From the NCBI GenBank assembly GCA_030141605.1, contig JAQGDQ010000833.1:26399-90398 (forward strand): 64,000 nt of DNA. Reading direction: 5' to 3'. The notes beneath the pieces are model-generated. The model did no database searches. It saw nothing but the letters and a program-made list of their open reading frames with translations, and was not told the origin of the DNA. This document shows, one piece after another, positions 25,891 through 49,218 of the stretch. This stretch comes from Tubiluchus corallicola. Its lineage: Eukaryota > Animalia > Priapulida. The position numbers and the translations under genes are program-made. The stretch's first letter is position 1. Each line of letters opens with the position of its first letter.

Positions 25891-26582
25891 GAGAAAAGTG
25901 AGTACAGGCAAATAAAATTAGATTTTTAGTATCTTTTAAACATTTTCTTGACAATTCGATGCTACAGTATTAAAAGTCCAATATATTTAGCATTTGTTTC
26001 TAAAAAAAACAAGAAATTAACATGTGGATCCAAATTTTTGGTGCATTCTACTTTGAGGCATCACAACGTAGTTTTAACCATGCCGACTCATGGACGGTTT
26101 TGGTTTGCAAGCCCACATTTTGTTTTAAGAAATTATTTCATTTGCGATATTTGGTTGACAATGTTCTCTCATTAATTTTTGCTATTTTGCTAATTTCATA
26201 CCATTTTATATGTCACTATATTTTGTCAATTATTGCCAAATCTAGAGGTTGTTTTTTTTTTGTACTTGAGCTGTGGTTTTTGACAATACATAGTGTGTGA
26301 TTTCACACCTTTGTGTAATATACAATCTACTTCCTTTATTTATTATTATTTATACTCTGTTTTAGTGTGATGAGGTACGTTACTCCCACTCCCTTAGTAG
26401 GAAATTATTTATCTATATCATAAATACGTACAATGTTGAATGTGTCAGCACTTAAAATCGTGGTTGTTGTGTTTATTGATGCTTCTTCACTTGCATTGAA
26501 ACTAGTTTATGACATAATTGTGACATCGTGACCAACTCTTGTGCGTTTGGTAATTATTTCTGTCCTTTGTGAGGCATATACT

Positions 26583-27021
26583 TAGGGTTACCATACGTCA
26601 CGGCTTCCCCGGACACGTCCTCTTTTTGGGCCTCTGTCCGGGCGGGTTTTCAAAAAATCGGCAGTTTGTCCGGGTTTTGCCTCGATCCGTAAGTATGTAC
26701 GGACGCTGCCAACTGTAGAGGCGTACGACAGTACGAGACAAAGAAAAGCTCGTTAATTTTCAATACAAGATGTTGCTAACATCTCAAAATGCAACCCTTG
26801 TAAAAGTTTTGTGTACATATTTACTGAACAAAAGTAAGCAATGCGCACATGGGTCTCACGACTCACACCGCTGTCGATACTCGGCGTATTCGCTAACGAC
26901 TTAAAATGACGTCAGCTTTTATTTGCATTGTTTTAATACACCCTAGACTGGTCATTTTTGTCTACTTACAAGTTTGCGAAAAAGTGTCCTCTTTTTCAAC
27001 TCGGACAATATGGTAACCGTA
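26583..27021. mobile_element. Complete hAT-superfamily MITE, 439 bp
   Basis: TIRs tagggttaccata ... tatggtaaccgta; perfect 8-bp TSD CATATACT (26575-26582 and 27022-27029). Confidence 0.95.
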
Positions 27022-28147
27022 CATATACTGCCATACATTACGTGTTGATCATGTCGTGTTTCGAGTGATTACTTCTGCATTGTTGATGACGTGAAATTCT
27101 GTAGTCTTGTGTGCCAATGATGACCAAATTGATGATCTTTTAGTTTGGTTACAGCTCTATTACGACTTACAAATCATGTATTACTCTTAACTCAGGTTCT
27201 GTACAAATCAATATTGTTGCCATTCTTTCATGAAAATTGTGAATGTGTACAGATTTTTTTACTTTTTCTAGTAATAATTACTGTATAGCATTATTGGGGT
27301 ATGTTAACACAATTATAGCACTATTTGTCTATTGGGGATATTCACATTTATATATTCTAGTGACAGCGAATGACTTCTATTGGAAATGGGAATAATTCAT
27401 GTGAAAACACTTTAAATTATTATACTGTATTTATTATATTTACTGATAGATGGAGCTTCCATAGGATTTCTGCTATCTCATAATTTTAGCTGCGTAAGTT
27501 TCTGTATTGCAAGTTTGCTGATATATGCATTTCATTAATAGCACTAGCAGTATACACTTATGTCATATGCTAATAATATTTATCATTGACATTAATTTTT
27601 TCTGTACGTTATAATTAAGGCCAGTGTCATTTTGCATTGAAACAGCCAATGCTACTACATGAAGTAATTTTGTTTGCATTTGTAACTAAAGCCGTATAAA
27701 TGTGTCTGCTAGCATGTATTATAAACGATTAAATGCTACCTGAATTACATATTAGTTATCGTTATCACCAGTGATATTGATTCTAATACGTACGTTATAC
27801 ATTTATATATCTTATAAATAGGTTTACCACTGCGTGACTAAATTTGAAGTTCTACTTAGCACTTAAGAATGAAACACTTTATTATTTAGTACAATTATAA
27901 TATTTATTTCGGCAATTATGTGTAAGTTTTAATTTTAACCAGGAATTTTTTTAGTATTTCTTGCTGTTGTTGCCCCAGTTGATCCTAGTCAATAAATCCA
28001 TTAAATAAACAGCGTGAGAACGTTCGGCTTTTATTTGATTTTGTGACATAAAGTTTCATTTAATAGCATAATTCTTCTTACCTTGTATAAATTGTAACAA
28101 GATTTCAAATCAGAATGGATCCTTACCTAAACCATTTCAACGTCATG

Positions 28148-28593
28148 CATGGCTCGTACTCATCCTATAATTCCTATATTTTGGGGTTATGTCCTATAAT
28201 TCCTATATTTTTTGGAAACGTCCTATAATTCCTATATTTTTGGGGTTATGTCCTATAATTTCTATAAAATCATGAATTCTCAATGAGATGAGAATGTTAT
28301 TGGTATTTTTCGTGCGCCTTCGGTGCACATAACCACAATTAGATATTACAAGTACATATCCAGATGTGCATAAGCCGCTCAATGACAATACCAACTTCAA
28401 CCAAAGAATGCTCTCTAGGTAGTAAGAAATCATTTACTTTTGCAAAGAAATTGTGAAAATTGCTGTTGTGTAAGGTTAGAAACTTTCATTTTTAAGGAAA
28501 AATGTCCTATAATTCCTGTATTTTTTTCAAAAAATGTCCTTTATTATTTTAGAATAATGACCTACATTTTTGAAAAGTAGAGTACGACCCCTG
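28148..28593. mobile_element. MITE with subterminal repeats
   Basis: TIRs catggctcgtactc ... gagtacgacccctg; repeated tcctataattcctatatttt blocks. Confidence 0.7.
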
Positions 28594-28744
28594 AACATGA
28601 TTTCTGAGACAAAGTCTTACAAAAAACTTGTATTTAAGAGGTGCATTATGCCATAACGGGTGACATCTGTTGACAGGAAAGAGAAAAAGACTGTCGCTCT
28701 TTCAGTTTTGTTCTTGTCAGAAATTTAGGATAAATGTGTTACTT

Positions 28745-28955
28745 TAGTCATTGCTGTATCAGCCTGTGTGACATTATGACAGGGTTGCCATCTTGTATAG
28801 TCATTGCTGTATCAGCCTGTGTGACATCATGCCAGGGTTGCCATCTTGTATAGTCATTGCTGTATCGGCCTGCGTGACGTCATGCCAGGGTTGCCATCTT
28901 GTATAGTCATTGCTGTATCGGCCTGCGTGACGTCATGCCAGGGTTGCCATCTTGT
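28745..28955. repeat. Minisatellite, 53-bp unit, 4 copies
   Basis: tagtcattgctgtatc...cagggttgccatcttgt at 28745, 28798, 28851 and 28904. Confidence 0.95.
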
Positions 28956-29134
28956 GTTATGCTGGCTATCGTATTAGAGACTAAAAATTCGCATTGTTCA
29001 CCAAATTGTCGTGTTTCCGCCCAAAATCCAGAATTGTTGCAAATTCCAACAAATTATTATTAATATGCATGTAATAAGTAAGTATAAGACCAAACTGGCA
29101 TGTTTAGAAATGTAAAATCAAATTTATTAGGACC

Positions 29135-29450
29135 TAAGAAATTTGAATTTTTATCTTAAACCTTGCCTAGTTTTAGTACAACACACTGAATATCTTACAG
29201 TAGCGCTGTACTTCAATTTTCGCTTTCGCAAACACGTGCAACACGCTCGTGGAATATTTTTGCTGTTGAAAATTATGTTAGGTTGCGATGTCATCAATAG
29301 TTGGGCTCGCCCGCCATTAATTAAGTTTTTAATCTATTATTTAATTATCAGAAATGCTTTTGCAGTATCAATTGTGTTAAAATCTATACTTTTTAATGGA
29401 CTTTAAAATGGGGCAGTAAACAAAAAATCATCCTGTTTTCATTTAACCGT
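29135..29450 (+). mobile_element. Dispersed repeat family A, copy 2
   Basis: Similar to about 11000-11290 and to the reverse complement of 52530-52810. Confidence 0.7.
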
Positions 29451-29848
29451 ACGGTATGAAGCTTCAAATGATTGTATTTTCCGTTAATTATTGTATGTAC
29501 AAACGCCAACCAAGAACAGAACTTGTGATCCTAGAATGTGTATTGTTTGTCAAGTGCACGAGAGTAAGATAACAATAAAACACCAAGATAGTTTAATGTA
29601 AAAACAATTATCGTTTATTTTTTATTCCATTAACAGTTTAGTTGTATATTATATCGTTAAGAATCTAGCAGCTGCTTAAAGCCAAAAGAATAAGTTGCGA
29701 GAAAATGTGCATTTGAATCCACAGCTAAAAATATCTTTACATTAATCAGTATTAATATTAACAATCTAATTATACCATTCCTATGTACAACAGTATTGGC
29801 ATATCAATATGCTTCATGAAAATTTGATGCAATTGAAATAAATCGCTT

Positions 29849-30250
29849 GTAGGGGTGAGCATCGAACGTTCGAGTTCGAACGTCTGAATCGAATTTGAAC
29901 GTTTGAGTTCGATTCGAATGAGTTTTTCTAATTCGAATTCGACTCGAACCTAAAATCATAGATTCATGTAATTCACCACTTTAGCCACGTATGTTTGAAA
30001 CAGCTTGTATTTACCAGAATTTAGCTGCAGTTTCTGTGCAAAATTTTTAACAAACTAATAGCGGTTCTACTGAAGAAGAAAACGAGTAATATGCATGATC
30101 TTTGTAAGACCACTTTTTACTACTGGTTCAAAAATCTTTCAAATTCAATTCAAATTCGATTTGGATTCAAAATACTAAAATTCGATTCGATACGAACTCG
30201 GAAGTCAATAATTCGATTCGATTCGCTTTCTAGTTGAGAATGTTCACCCC
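29849..30250 (+). mobile_element. hAT MITE (taggggtgagca family)
   Basis: Starts taggggtgagcatcgaacgttcgag as at 16473; ends tgttcacccc. Confidence 0.88.
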
Positions 30251-30458
30251 GGAGAAATTCACTTCAGACTTATAAATCGAATAATACTGCAGTACAGGTT
30301 CTTAACTGTCATCAACGATTCGTAATATTGGTACAACATATACAGTTTCGAGCAATTGAGCTCTTGCAAAAATGTCTATTTAAGTAAGGCATTGTTCATG
30401 AACATAAATTATTTAATACGAGACACAAATCAAATGCGTAATTCTAGGACTGTTAAAA

Positions 30459-30675
30459 TTCTATAAAATGCTTAGCGACCGCACAAAACTTGATTGCTAT
30501 GGACCTTGCAAGAACACGATGAAGTCATGTTTAAATAAAGTAGATGGCTCTTCCTGGTGAAGATCTGGGCTTGGCAGCAGAAAAAAAACCCCGAAACAAA
30601 ATCATTGCTTCCATGAGCTACTATCAGAGTTTGAAAATACGAGATCTTTACAATTGCAGTAGTAGTAGTTTCTAT
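30459..30675 (+). mobile_element. Dispersed repeat family C, copy 2
   Basis: Aligns with 25678-25890. Confidence 0.75.
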
Positions 30676-31078
30676 CTATGGTATTGTCGATGAATATAAA
30701 TTATTTAATAGACCCAATTTTACAATTGCAGTAGTAGTAGTTTCTATCTATGGCATTGTCGATGAATATAAATTATTTAATAGACCCAATTTTACAATTG
30801 CAGTAGTTGTAGTTTCTATCTATGGCATTGTCGATGAATATAAATTATTTAATAGACCCAATTTTACAATTGCAGTAGTAGTAGTTTCTATCTATGGCGC
30901 TGTCGATGAATATAAATTATTTAATAGACCCAATTTTACCATTGCAGTAGTAGTAGTTTCTATCTATGGCGCTGTCGATGAATATAAATTATTTAATAGA
31001 CCCAATTTTACAATTGCAGTAGTAGTAGTTTCTATCTATGGCGTTGTCGATGAATATAAATTATTTAATAGACCCAAT
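30647..31078. repeat. Minisatellite, 72-bp unit, 6 copies
   Basis: tttacaattgcagtagtagtagtttctatctatggc...aatagacccaat repeating with period 72. Confidence 0.96.
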
Positions 31079-31946
31079 AACATAAATAGCAATAAATTAA
31101 ATGAGAATTCCTAGGACTGTTAGAAGTATAAACAGTTGCTAAATGTGTGGACAATGCGGTTAGCAGTTTTTGCATTCACCACACTTACAACTGACATAAT
31201 GCAAACAAAGTGACATAGGACAGAGGGATGGCTTCAAAACTTGCAATATGTAAATTCAACATTTCGTACTTGTTAAATGCATGAGTGTTACATCAAAACT
31301 GGATACCGAAATTCAGTTACTTGGCTAGACTGGAACATACGTCTGCTGCGTAGTAATTCTGCATGTTTGCTTTGCGGTTAACTTGGCTAGACTGGAACGT
31401 ACGTCTGCTGCGTAGTAATTCTGCACATTCGGTTCGCGCTCTGGGATGAAAGGAGAAATTTCGTAACAATAATCCTTTTCACAGTTTCGTTTTGCGCAAG
31501 CGCACAGTTGATGTAGGTCAAAGGTTAAGCATACCACATCAACAACAACCATCACGTGACGTGTAGGTAAAAAAAGCCGTCTGTCATATCAGTTCAGCAA
31601 CTTCAGTTGTTTTACGTGGACTTTACTTAATCATGCATTAGTCTGTGCGTAGAGTGATTTACTAGAGTGCGTAGAGGAGCTTGCGTGGGAACAAGAAAAA
31701 ATGAACTAGGTAAAGTTCTAGCTAGTTGTTAATACTGTTACTGCAGGGCATTGTCAAGTGTAGTTAGTGTGCACAAATATGCTGTCTGGTGCACTTAACC
31801 TTTGACCTTTTCACGATCATCATCAATCGCTGGAACTGTGAAAAGGCTTATTAAGCAACGCATGGAACAAATGCTGGATGAGTTTCCATGTATTACATAC
31901 AAACAGCCCTATTTCATTAATTACTACAGTTAATAATTAGTTACAT

Positions 31947-42332
<10,386 letters not shown>

Positions 42333-42912
42333 CTGCAAAAAAAGACAAAAAATTATAGAAACAATTTAATTTTTCATAAAAACAAATCGCAAAAGAATAA
42401 CTGACCCAATTAGTTATGAAATAATAGTGATGAGGCTTAAATTTTAAAGCTCATGCCCAAAACTCGAAAACTTTGTTAAGAAAATTCCTATACTGTGTGA
42501 TCTGTGTAAGCATAGGGCAGATTTCTGAAGTTAGAAAAAACTAATTCTGGTTTGCATCTGGATGAGTAGCCAGCGACTAAAAATACAATGACATCTCCAA
42601 AGTAAGGATTTCTATACATGTATAAGCAGACCCAGAAGGGATTTTTAAGATGCCCCAGAAGTCCATTCTGTCCAAATTCAAGTTCTAATAGGCCAAGAAG
42701 GAAAATTGCTTCATTAATAACCTTGATTTTAGCGCTCACTTCAATGCTCTTTGTTTAAGTTTAACATCATGTAAATCTTGTTACACTCACAAATTAAAAA
42801 AGCTAATTACAGCAACATGCAATATGGTAGAATTCACTCTAGTGTCTATGTAAAATTATATAATGTTTGTACAAAAATTTTTGTCAGCAAAAAGAGGCTG
42901 ACAAAGACTTAC

Positions 42913-42921
42913 CATCATCAT
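42913..42921 (-). CDS. Candidate septin alternative first coding exon (MMM)
   Basis: ATG ATG ATG|GTAAGT, phase 0. Confidence 0.35.
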
Positions 42922-43028
42922 CACCACGTAAAACTAAAGTTTCACCAAACAATGTTCAAAAACTGTATAATGCTACAAATAATTGTATGCTGTATAATGC
43001 CATATATATATATATGTATAATGCTTTT

Positions 43029-43190
43029 CGACCAGACGGTTTAGTCTAGAGGTAATGCATCTGCTTTCCCGTCTGGGAGGTCGTGAGTTCGAACCAGCTG
43101 CCGGGTCATACCAAAGACTTTAAAAATGGTACCTGCTGTTGCCCTGCCTGACGCGTGGCATTTAGGGTAAAAGTGGGGTAATAATAGTCT
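43029..43190 (+). mobile_element. tRNA-derived SINE with a conserved core (MetaSINE-like)
   Basis: A box (tagtctagaggt) and B box (gagttcgaacc), followed by ccgggtcataccaaagactttaaaaatggtacctgctg..., a core recalled from the Meta domain of metazoan SINEs. Confidence 0.75.
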
Positions 43191-43266
43191 CTGTAATGTA
43201 GTTGTAGGTTGTTATTTACAGTCGGTGATAACTATAAGTAGGACTCGCGGATAAAAAGAAGCCTAC

Positions 43267-43296
43267 CAGTAAACTGCCCAGTGTACAGAGATCCAT
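43267..43296 (-). CDS. Candidate septin alternative first coding exon (MDLCTLGSLL)
   Basis: ATG...CTG|GTAGGC, 30 nt, phase 0. Confidence 0.3.
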
Positions 43297-43637
43297 TGAG
43301 TGGTCAACGACTTCCTGAGAACAAATATTAAAGTTTGAAACTCGCAGAATTGTCTCCGTAAAATAAAAAGTACTCTACTAACTGCGCGACGGTCAAACAC
43401 AACGTCACTGTCACGGTGTCGTGGTGAGAAACGTCTCAGAAACACACAGCACTAAATAACAGAAAAAGATTTCCCCCAAAAATAACTATGCAACGAACGC
43501 TCCTATCACAGTATGTTCGACCATTCAGCATCTCATTTTCATCAGACAGTAGATGATGACCCGACTGTAATCATATTTGCATTTCAAAGGAAAACACTTA
43601 GTGGTGGTCATCAATAACCATCAGCTGGCAAGACATA

Positions 43638-43913
43638 CAGTAGAGTGGACATTACGTCACTTAAAGTAAATGAAGTTCGCTAAGATGTACGCGACTTAAT
43701 TGAAGCAGTAGCGATTAACGAAGCATACCAGTAGAGTGGACATTACGTCACTTAAAGTAAATGAAGTTCGCTAAGATGTATTCGACTTAATTGAAGCAGT
43801 AGCGATTAACGAAGCACACCAGTAGAGTGGACATTACGTCACTTAAAGTAAATGAAGTTCGCTAAGATGTACTCGACTTAATTGAAACAGCAACGAACCA
43901 CGAAGCACACCAG
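43638..43913. repeat. Tandem repeat, 91-bp unit, 3 copies
   Basis: tagagtggacattacgtcac... at 43641, 43732 and 43823. Confidence 0.95.
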
Positions 43914-44387
43914 TTTCGCTCCACAACGTCAGACGTTCGACTGACACAAGACATTTTGATGGGCGGCAAATGTATATAAACTTCGTAACAAACAAAGAAA
44001 CTGCTGATGACAGCAGAGCGAATCAGAGACGTTTATATACGATGTAACGTGAAACTCTTTGACTGAACGTCCCATTATGAAAGGGCTGAACAAACGTAGA
44101 CAAAACAAGTCTAACAGTCACGTGAATTCCGTTATTTCTCTTGGTAACTGGGATCTAACGTTTCGTTTCGTTTAGTAAAAAGAAAAGTTGGATGCAATCG
44201 ACTGCGCGAACAGGAGCTTCAAGGATGGAACCGCCCCCGCCCCCCTCCCAGACAGAATACTGACCTCGTGTAATCCGAGTCAAGGGCGTCCCTCCATCTC
44301 CTAGTTGATATCTATTACCGTTTACGAGTCACATCAATTTCTCTACACGCCCAAGCAAAGGCTGTAATTTCTGACGTACAGACTTAC

Positions 44388-44420
44388 CGTATTTATGTCG
44401 TCTGGCTTTACAAAACGCAT
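44388..44420 (-). CDS. Candidate septin alternative first coding exon (MRFVKPDDINT)
   Basis: ATG...ACG|GTAAGT, 33 nt, phase 0. Confidence 0.5.
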
Positions 44421-45131
44421 CAAATAAATAAACCTTAGCAAAATAATCACCAACTAAAGACAATTTCGTCATTCACTTCTTTGCCCGCAAGAATTCCAGC
44501 ACCTATACCTGAACTGTCTAACAAAACTTTGACAAACCTTAGCTTCATATATTCTAAAAAGTAATTACTTGACCCAAGAAAAACAAAGAAATAGTTAATT
44601 GCAAACTCGCTGAAAATTTTCCACCCACACGGGATTTGAACCTGGTATCGTGCAATTAGCACAATGTAACAACCTGTGTTATAAACTCACAAAGAATTTT
44701 CATTCACACAGCACGAAATCTATCAGAGCTCAAATAATCATGTTGAATAACTATTATCCAGACAATAAAGTTGAATTGAGTTGAACTGAATATATAAGCA
44801 TTCAGACACCGCAACAATTCACTGACTTAATTAAAGGTATTTAAAAAGCCACTGTTGCCATAATTTTAGCGCCAGTTTGTTGACTTAGTAGTATAGACAA
44901 GATTTCGACAACAAACTCACAAAATAATTAGAACGAGATCTCATAAAAGCCGTAATCGTCACCGTCGTTTTAATACAATAGACGTTTATGATTTTATGCT
45001 TTGAAAGGCGCAGTTTGTGTTTCATTTTTTCAAATTACATTCCGATGGCTATAAAACAACGACGCCCGAACGCATAAAAATGTCCGTACTAGGCAAATTA
45101 TTTATTTTTACCCGTAATAAGTAAACTTAAC

Positions 45132-45206
45132 CTGTAATACCTTGTAAGTTCCTGGACTCCACTCTGAAAAGCTGATGTCAGAACGACAATCGCTCGTGTC
45201 AGACAT
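45132..45206 (-). CDS. Candidate septin alternative first coding exon (MSDTSDCRSDISFSEWSPGTYK[VLQ])
   Basis: gaaATG start; two in-phase donors, AAG|GTATTA (exon end 45141) and CAG|GTTAAG (exon end 45132). Confidence 0.5.
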
Positions 45207-46503
45207 TTCTATTCTCGGCAGATGACAAGACAAATTATTCTCTAAACGAAATTTACTGTTCTATACACATAAGCCGGCACACTTATTAACACCATAGACG
45301 TAATTCATTAACTGCGCTTATATATTAAACCGTCCAAAAAAATCATCGAAATTGTTTAAAAAATATACACAGACCAACGAATGGCCCTTTCAGACTCCAG
45401 TTTAAGATCCACTAACGCGTCAAGACACACGCTAAACAAGTGCAAATTTCTGACGCCTCGGTTTACAGATCTCTCCAAGTTTGAAGAGCCCCGCTGTGTC
45501 TGACGTTCGCTAATTGCGCGAGAAAAATGCAGAAAAGAACATAACCAAACAGGAACAGTTTAAACTAATCTGCAGTCGTCAGACACAAGAACACTTGTTG
45601 TAGTAATAATGATACTAATAGTGAGTGAGAGAAAAAGAAAGACACGTGCCGATGAGGGGCAGAGAGGTCTCAGACACAGTCAACTGCAAAATTTTAACAT
45701 TAAATTGTATTTAAAAATGATAACATTCAAAGAATGCAGAGCAGAGAAACCATCTACCACAGATGTCAGATTTTAAATACAAAGAAACGCGAATAAACTT
45801 CAACAGTATTTATCTATCTATCTTTTCCAAACGCTGTCCAATTTGTGTTTGCGTACGCCACGTCTGATTCACGATCTATCAGAGTTTGACACTGCACTGG
45901 CTATACAGGTATGCAGATATACAGGTACAGTTTCAGGTTAATGAGCGCGACCATTAACATGAATGATGATGTCGTGAAGATATATGCTGAACTCAATGAG
46001 CACAAGTCACTGCACCAGTACAAAATGACCACACAATTATGACTAATCTCTGACATAGTTCCCTTCACATAACTCCATCCCAGCTTTGGCAGCACAAGAA
46101 GCAAACGAGCAAAACACCTGAAATGAGAGCTTATCTATTTTCGACACGCACAAAGGCTACACAGAGCAGCCAGTGCTAGTATGGAATATCTTCAATGACC
46201 TGCAAGTGGTAGCGCACCGTCCGAGAAAGTGAGGCAATCTGGCGCCTCCAGAGATGTCACTGTACGCAGAGGAAAATGGTCCATTCACGTGAATGGTTTC
46301 TAGCGTACAAATGGCAGGCTTCGGTTACTAGCAACTGGTTGTAAATTGAGGGGGTCTGCTACTCTAAGCACCATATGTACGACGTCTGCGAAATTGTTTA
46401 GCTATCTGTAGGAATAAACACTGTAAGATGAATTGATACTGTGTCAGTCTGAGTGCTGGGACCCGTTGGACGTGCATTAGAAGCATTAAAGAAACTATAA
46501 TGT

Positions 46504-46708
<205 letters not shown>

Positions 46709-47030
46709 AATAAGAACTGAAAAAAGATCTACAGTTACAAAAATAAGAAGACAGCAAAAGCGGTACAGAGAAATTGGTAAAGATTTAATTTATGTTAAAC
46801 ATCGCCGTGCGTTATCTTTATTGAGTAAATCACTCGCACAAAACCTTCCCGAGAAACTGATAAACCCTCTACTGGTCAGGAATTTGAAAAGTTTAGACAG
46901 CAACGAATAAACAAAGCTTAATAGTTCGCGATCTCACGTCACGTAGAATTCAGGCGTCTTTATACCTAATAGGTTTTTGCTAGAAAGATGCAATAATTAT
47001 TATACGTAACGCGGCTTAATTTGCATTAGG

Positions 47031-47225
47031 CTTGGCGGTGACAAGTAATAGAGTCACAGGAGAAAAGTCGCAGGAAAAAGTTACAGGACAAAAATCACGG
47101 GAAAAAGTCACAGGAAAAAGTCACAATTCATTTTGGCTAGGGTTATGGATTAGGATCAGGGAAAGAGTTACGGTTAGGGTTATTCCTTTTTTCCTGTGCC
47201 TTTTTTCAGTCACCTCGAATTCTTG
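47031..47225 (+). mobile_element. Probable Helitron/Helentron-type non-autonomous element
   Basis: Tandem aaaagtcacagg subrepeats, a degenerate (ggtta/g)n core and an inverted cctgtg.ctttt copy at the 3' end. Confidence 0.5.
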
Positions 47226-49115
47226 TGGCAATGACCTTACGCATAGACACAAACTGCATATCTACATTCTATCTGAAATCATTCCTTTTACATTTCATAC
47301 ATACCGTAGTGCTGAATATGAAGGCATCATCAAAACCCACACGATTATACAATGCCTGGGGGGTAAATACTTACATTATTACGAGATTACGCCAGCAACA
47401 GGTAATAAATTAATACACTCTCTCACGTATTCAAATATCAAAAAAAAGTTCAGTGTCAAAAAAAGATGCGCGTGCTTTGTATTCGCCCAATTTCGTATCA
47501 TACAGCCAGTTTATACAGACAGAGCCTATTATGCGCTAATTAAGTAGTAAGCAGAAGCCAAATAGGTAATGAATAAGCAGACCAGTAAAGAAATTGATAC
47601 AACAAAACTTAAGCACTAATTATGTGTTTACAAAAGCCAAATAGATAAACAGACCCGAAAAAAGAAATTGATACAGTAATTTGTTTATTTATTTCACATC
47701 AACACAAATACACAATTAATACATTAAAAGAAAGATCAATAAATCAATGAATAACAAACAGTAAGATACATAATAGGAAGCAAATTTTAGAAAAAAATGA
47801 TTTAAATTGTGTTTAGAAAGCTATGGTAACAAATAGCTAAGTGTTTGAAAATAAAGTTAAACAAATTGAACTGCTTTGTACATTAAGAGAACGTTTATTA
47901 AGGTACATAGATAACCTTTCTTTTATTAATAAGTCCCAGTTATATTGTAGCTCTGGTCACAATGAAATTATTAAAATCAGCTTTGTGGCCAGAGACACAA
48001 ATATGGTCATTAATGCTGGATTGAGGAGAATTTTTTTAATTTCTTGGCAGTTCTAGACGAAATACCCAAATGTTCACAACTTCTTACGTTGAAGGGTCTG
48101 GATGTTTTGCCATGATAAGCAGCATTGCAGCTGCTGCACTGAAATGTGTAAATAATAGTACCAGACAATTATTATATTTGAACTTGCATTAATTAGCGTC
48201 CCGGACCCAACTCGCATTTTTTTCGAAACTTTGGTCAAACAGCCTGTAGAAAAAACGTTCTAGCGACGCCTGGTGTAACTCTCGAAAGGAGATACATAGC
48301 TCTTTATAAAGAGGAAGAACAGGGCTACACGATGATGTGGGCTATATTTTAGGAGACGTCCACCAAGAGGAGTGCCGAAGAGTTAATTAGATGTTCTATT
48401 TTTGGCAATTTTTGCTTGGAAAACTGCTGACGCAAAGCCATTGTTCTGAGTCATCCATTATACTCTTTAATTCAGTAAATGCTGCTGCTCACTTTGCGTT
48501 GTAAATGAGGACTATGTAGGATGTTCGCATATTTTTTATTATAACTGTATTTATACGCAATTTTTTGCGGGGCCTTTGCTAGTCTGTAAATAATAATACC
48601 AGACAATTATTATATTTGAACTTGCATTAATTAGCGTCCCGTCAGGGCTTTTCAGGGTTAACTAAATCTCGCTTAACATCACAATTGGCGGGTGGCATAA
48701 ATTAATACGTTTTTCACGATGTCTTTTCACCGAAATCATTCCAGACGAGCTTCTGCATTCCTCAAATATTTGAAATTTTTGTTGTCGTGTCACTCTGTGT
48801 AGATTAATAAAATAACCCAGCTGTACAAATGCATTCCATTCTGCTTATTTGAGTCTACGCCAAACACAAAGTTATCAAGAAGAACACTTGTAATGGGAAT
48901 AGAGTTACCTGGTTATCAATAAGATTTTTTTCTCTGCAAGTTCGTTGGGATACTGGGTCGAAGAAGACTCCAAACACAACGCTCGATGCACAAAAAAACA
49001 ACAAGATTCGATACTCAAAAAGTAAGGATTATAAAGTCAGAATAGAATGACGAAATAAAAATCGGTGTAGCGAATTCCTTGCCTTTTGTAGTCAGAGCTC
49101 TCGAGTATACTTCAG

Positions 49116-49119
<4 letters not shown>

Positions 49120-49188
<69 letters not shown>

Positions 49189-49218
49189 AAGAGAAACAGA
49201 CAGACAGACAGAGAGAGA
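49120..49218. repeat. Compound (TA)n(GA)n microsatellite
   Basis: Direct inspection. Confidence 0.97.

Noticed and set aside
27991-28035. Opposed poly(A) signals suggesting overlapping KIF26 and septin 3' ends
   Set aside because: AATAAA is too frequent in this AT-rich DNA, and closer signals exist (e.g. 24795 on plus).
43035-43105. tRNA gene
   Set aside because: No proper acceptor stem, and it continues into a SINE core, so it was called a SINE.
44265-44297. ATG...GAG|GTCAGT phase-0 cassette near the other septin cassettes
   Set aside because: In-frame TGA at codon 6 (MEGRP*); at best non-coding or decayed.
47135-47185. Interstitial telomeric repeat
   Set aside because: Only one or two degenerate TTAGGG-like units, inside a probable Helitron-type element.
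48909-49030. Strong minus-strand donor CAG|GTAACT with about 40 open codons
   Set aside because: No in-frame ATG, so not counted as a coding cassette; it could be a UTR exon.
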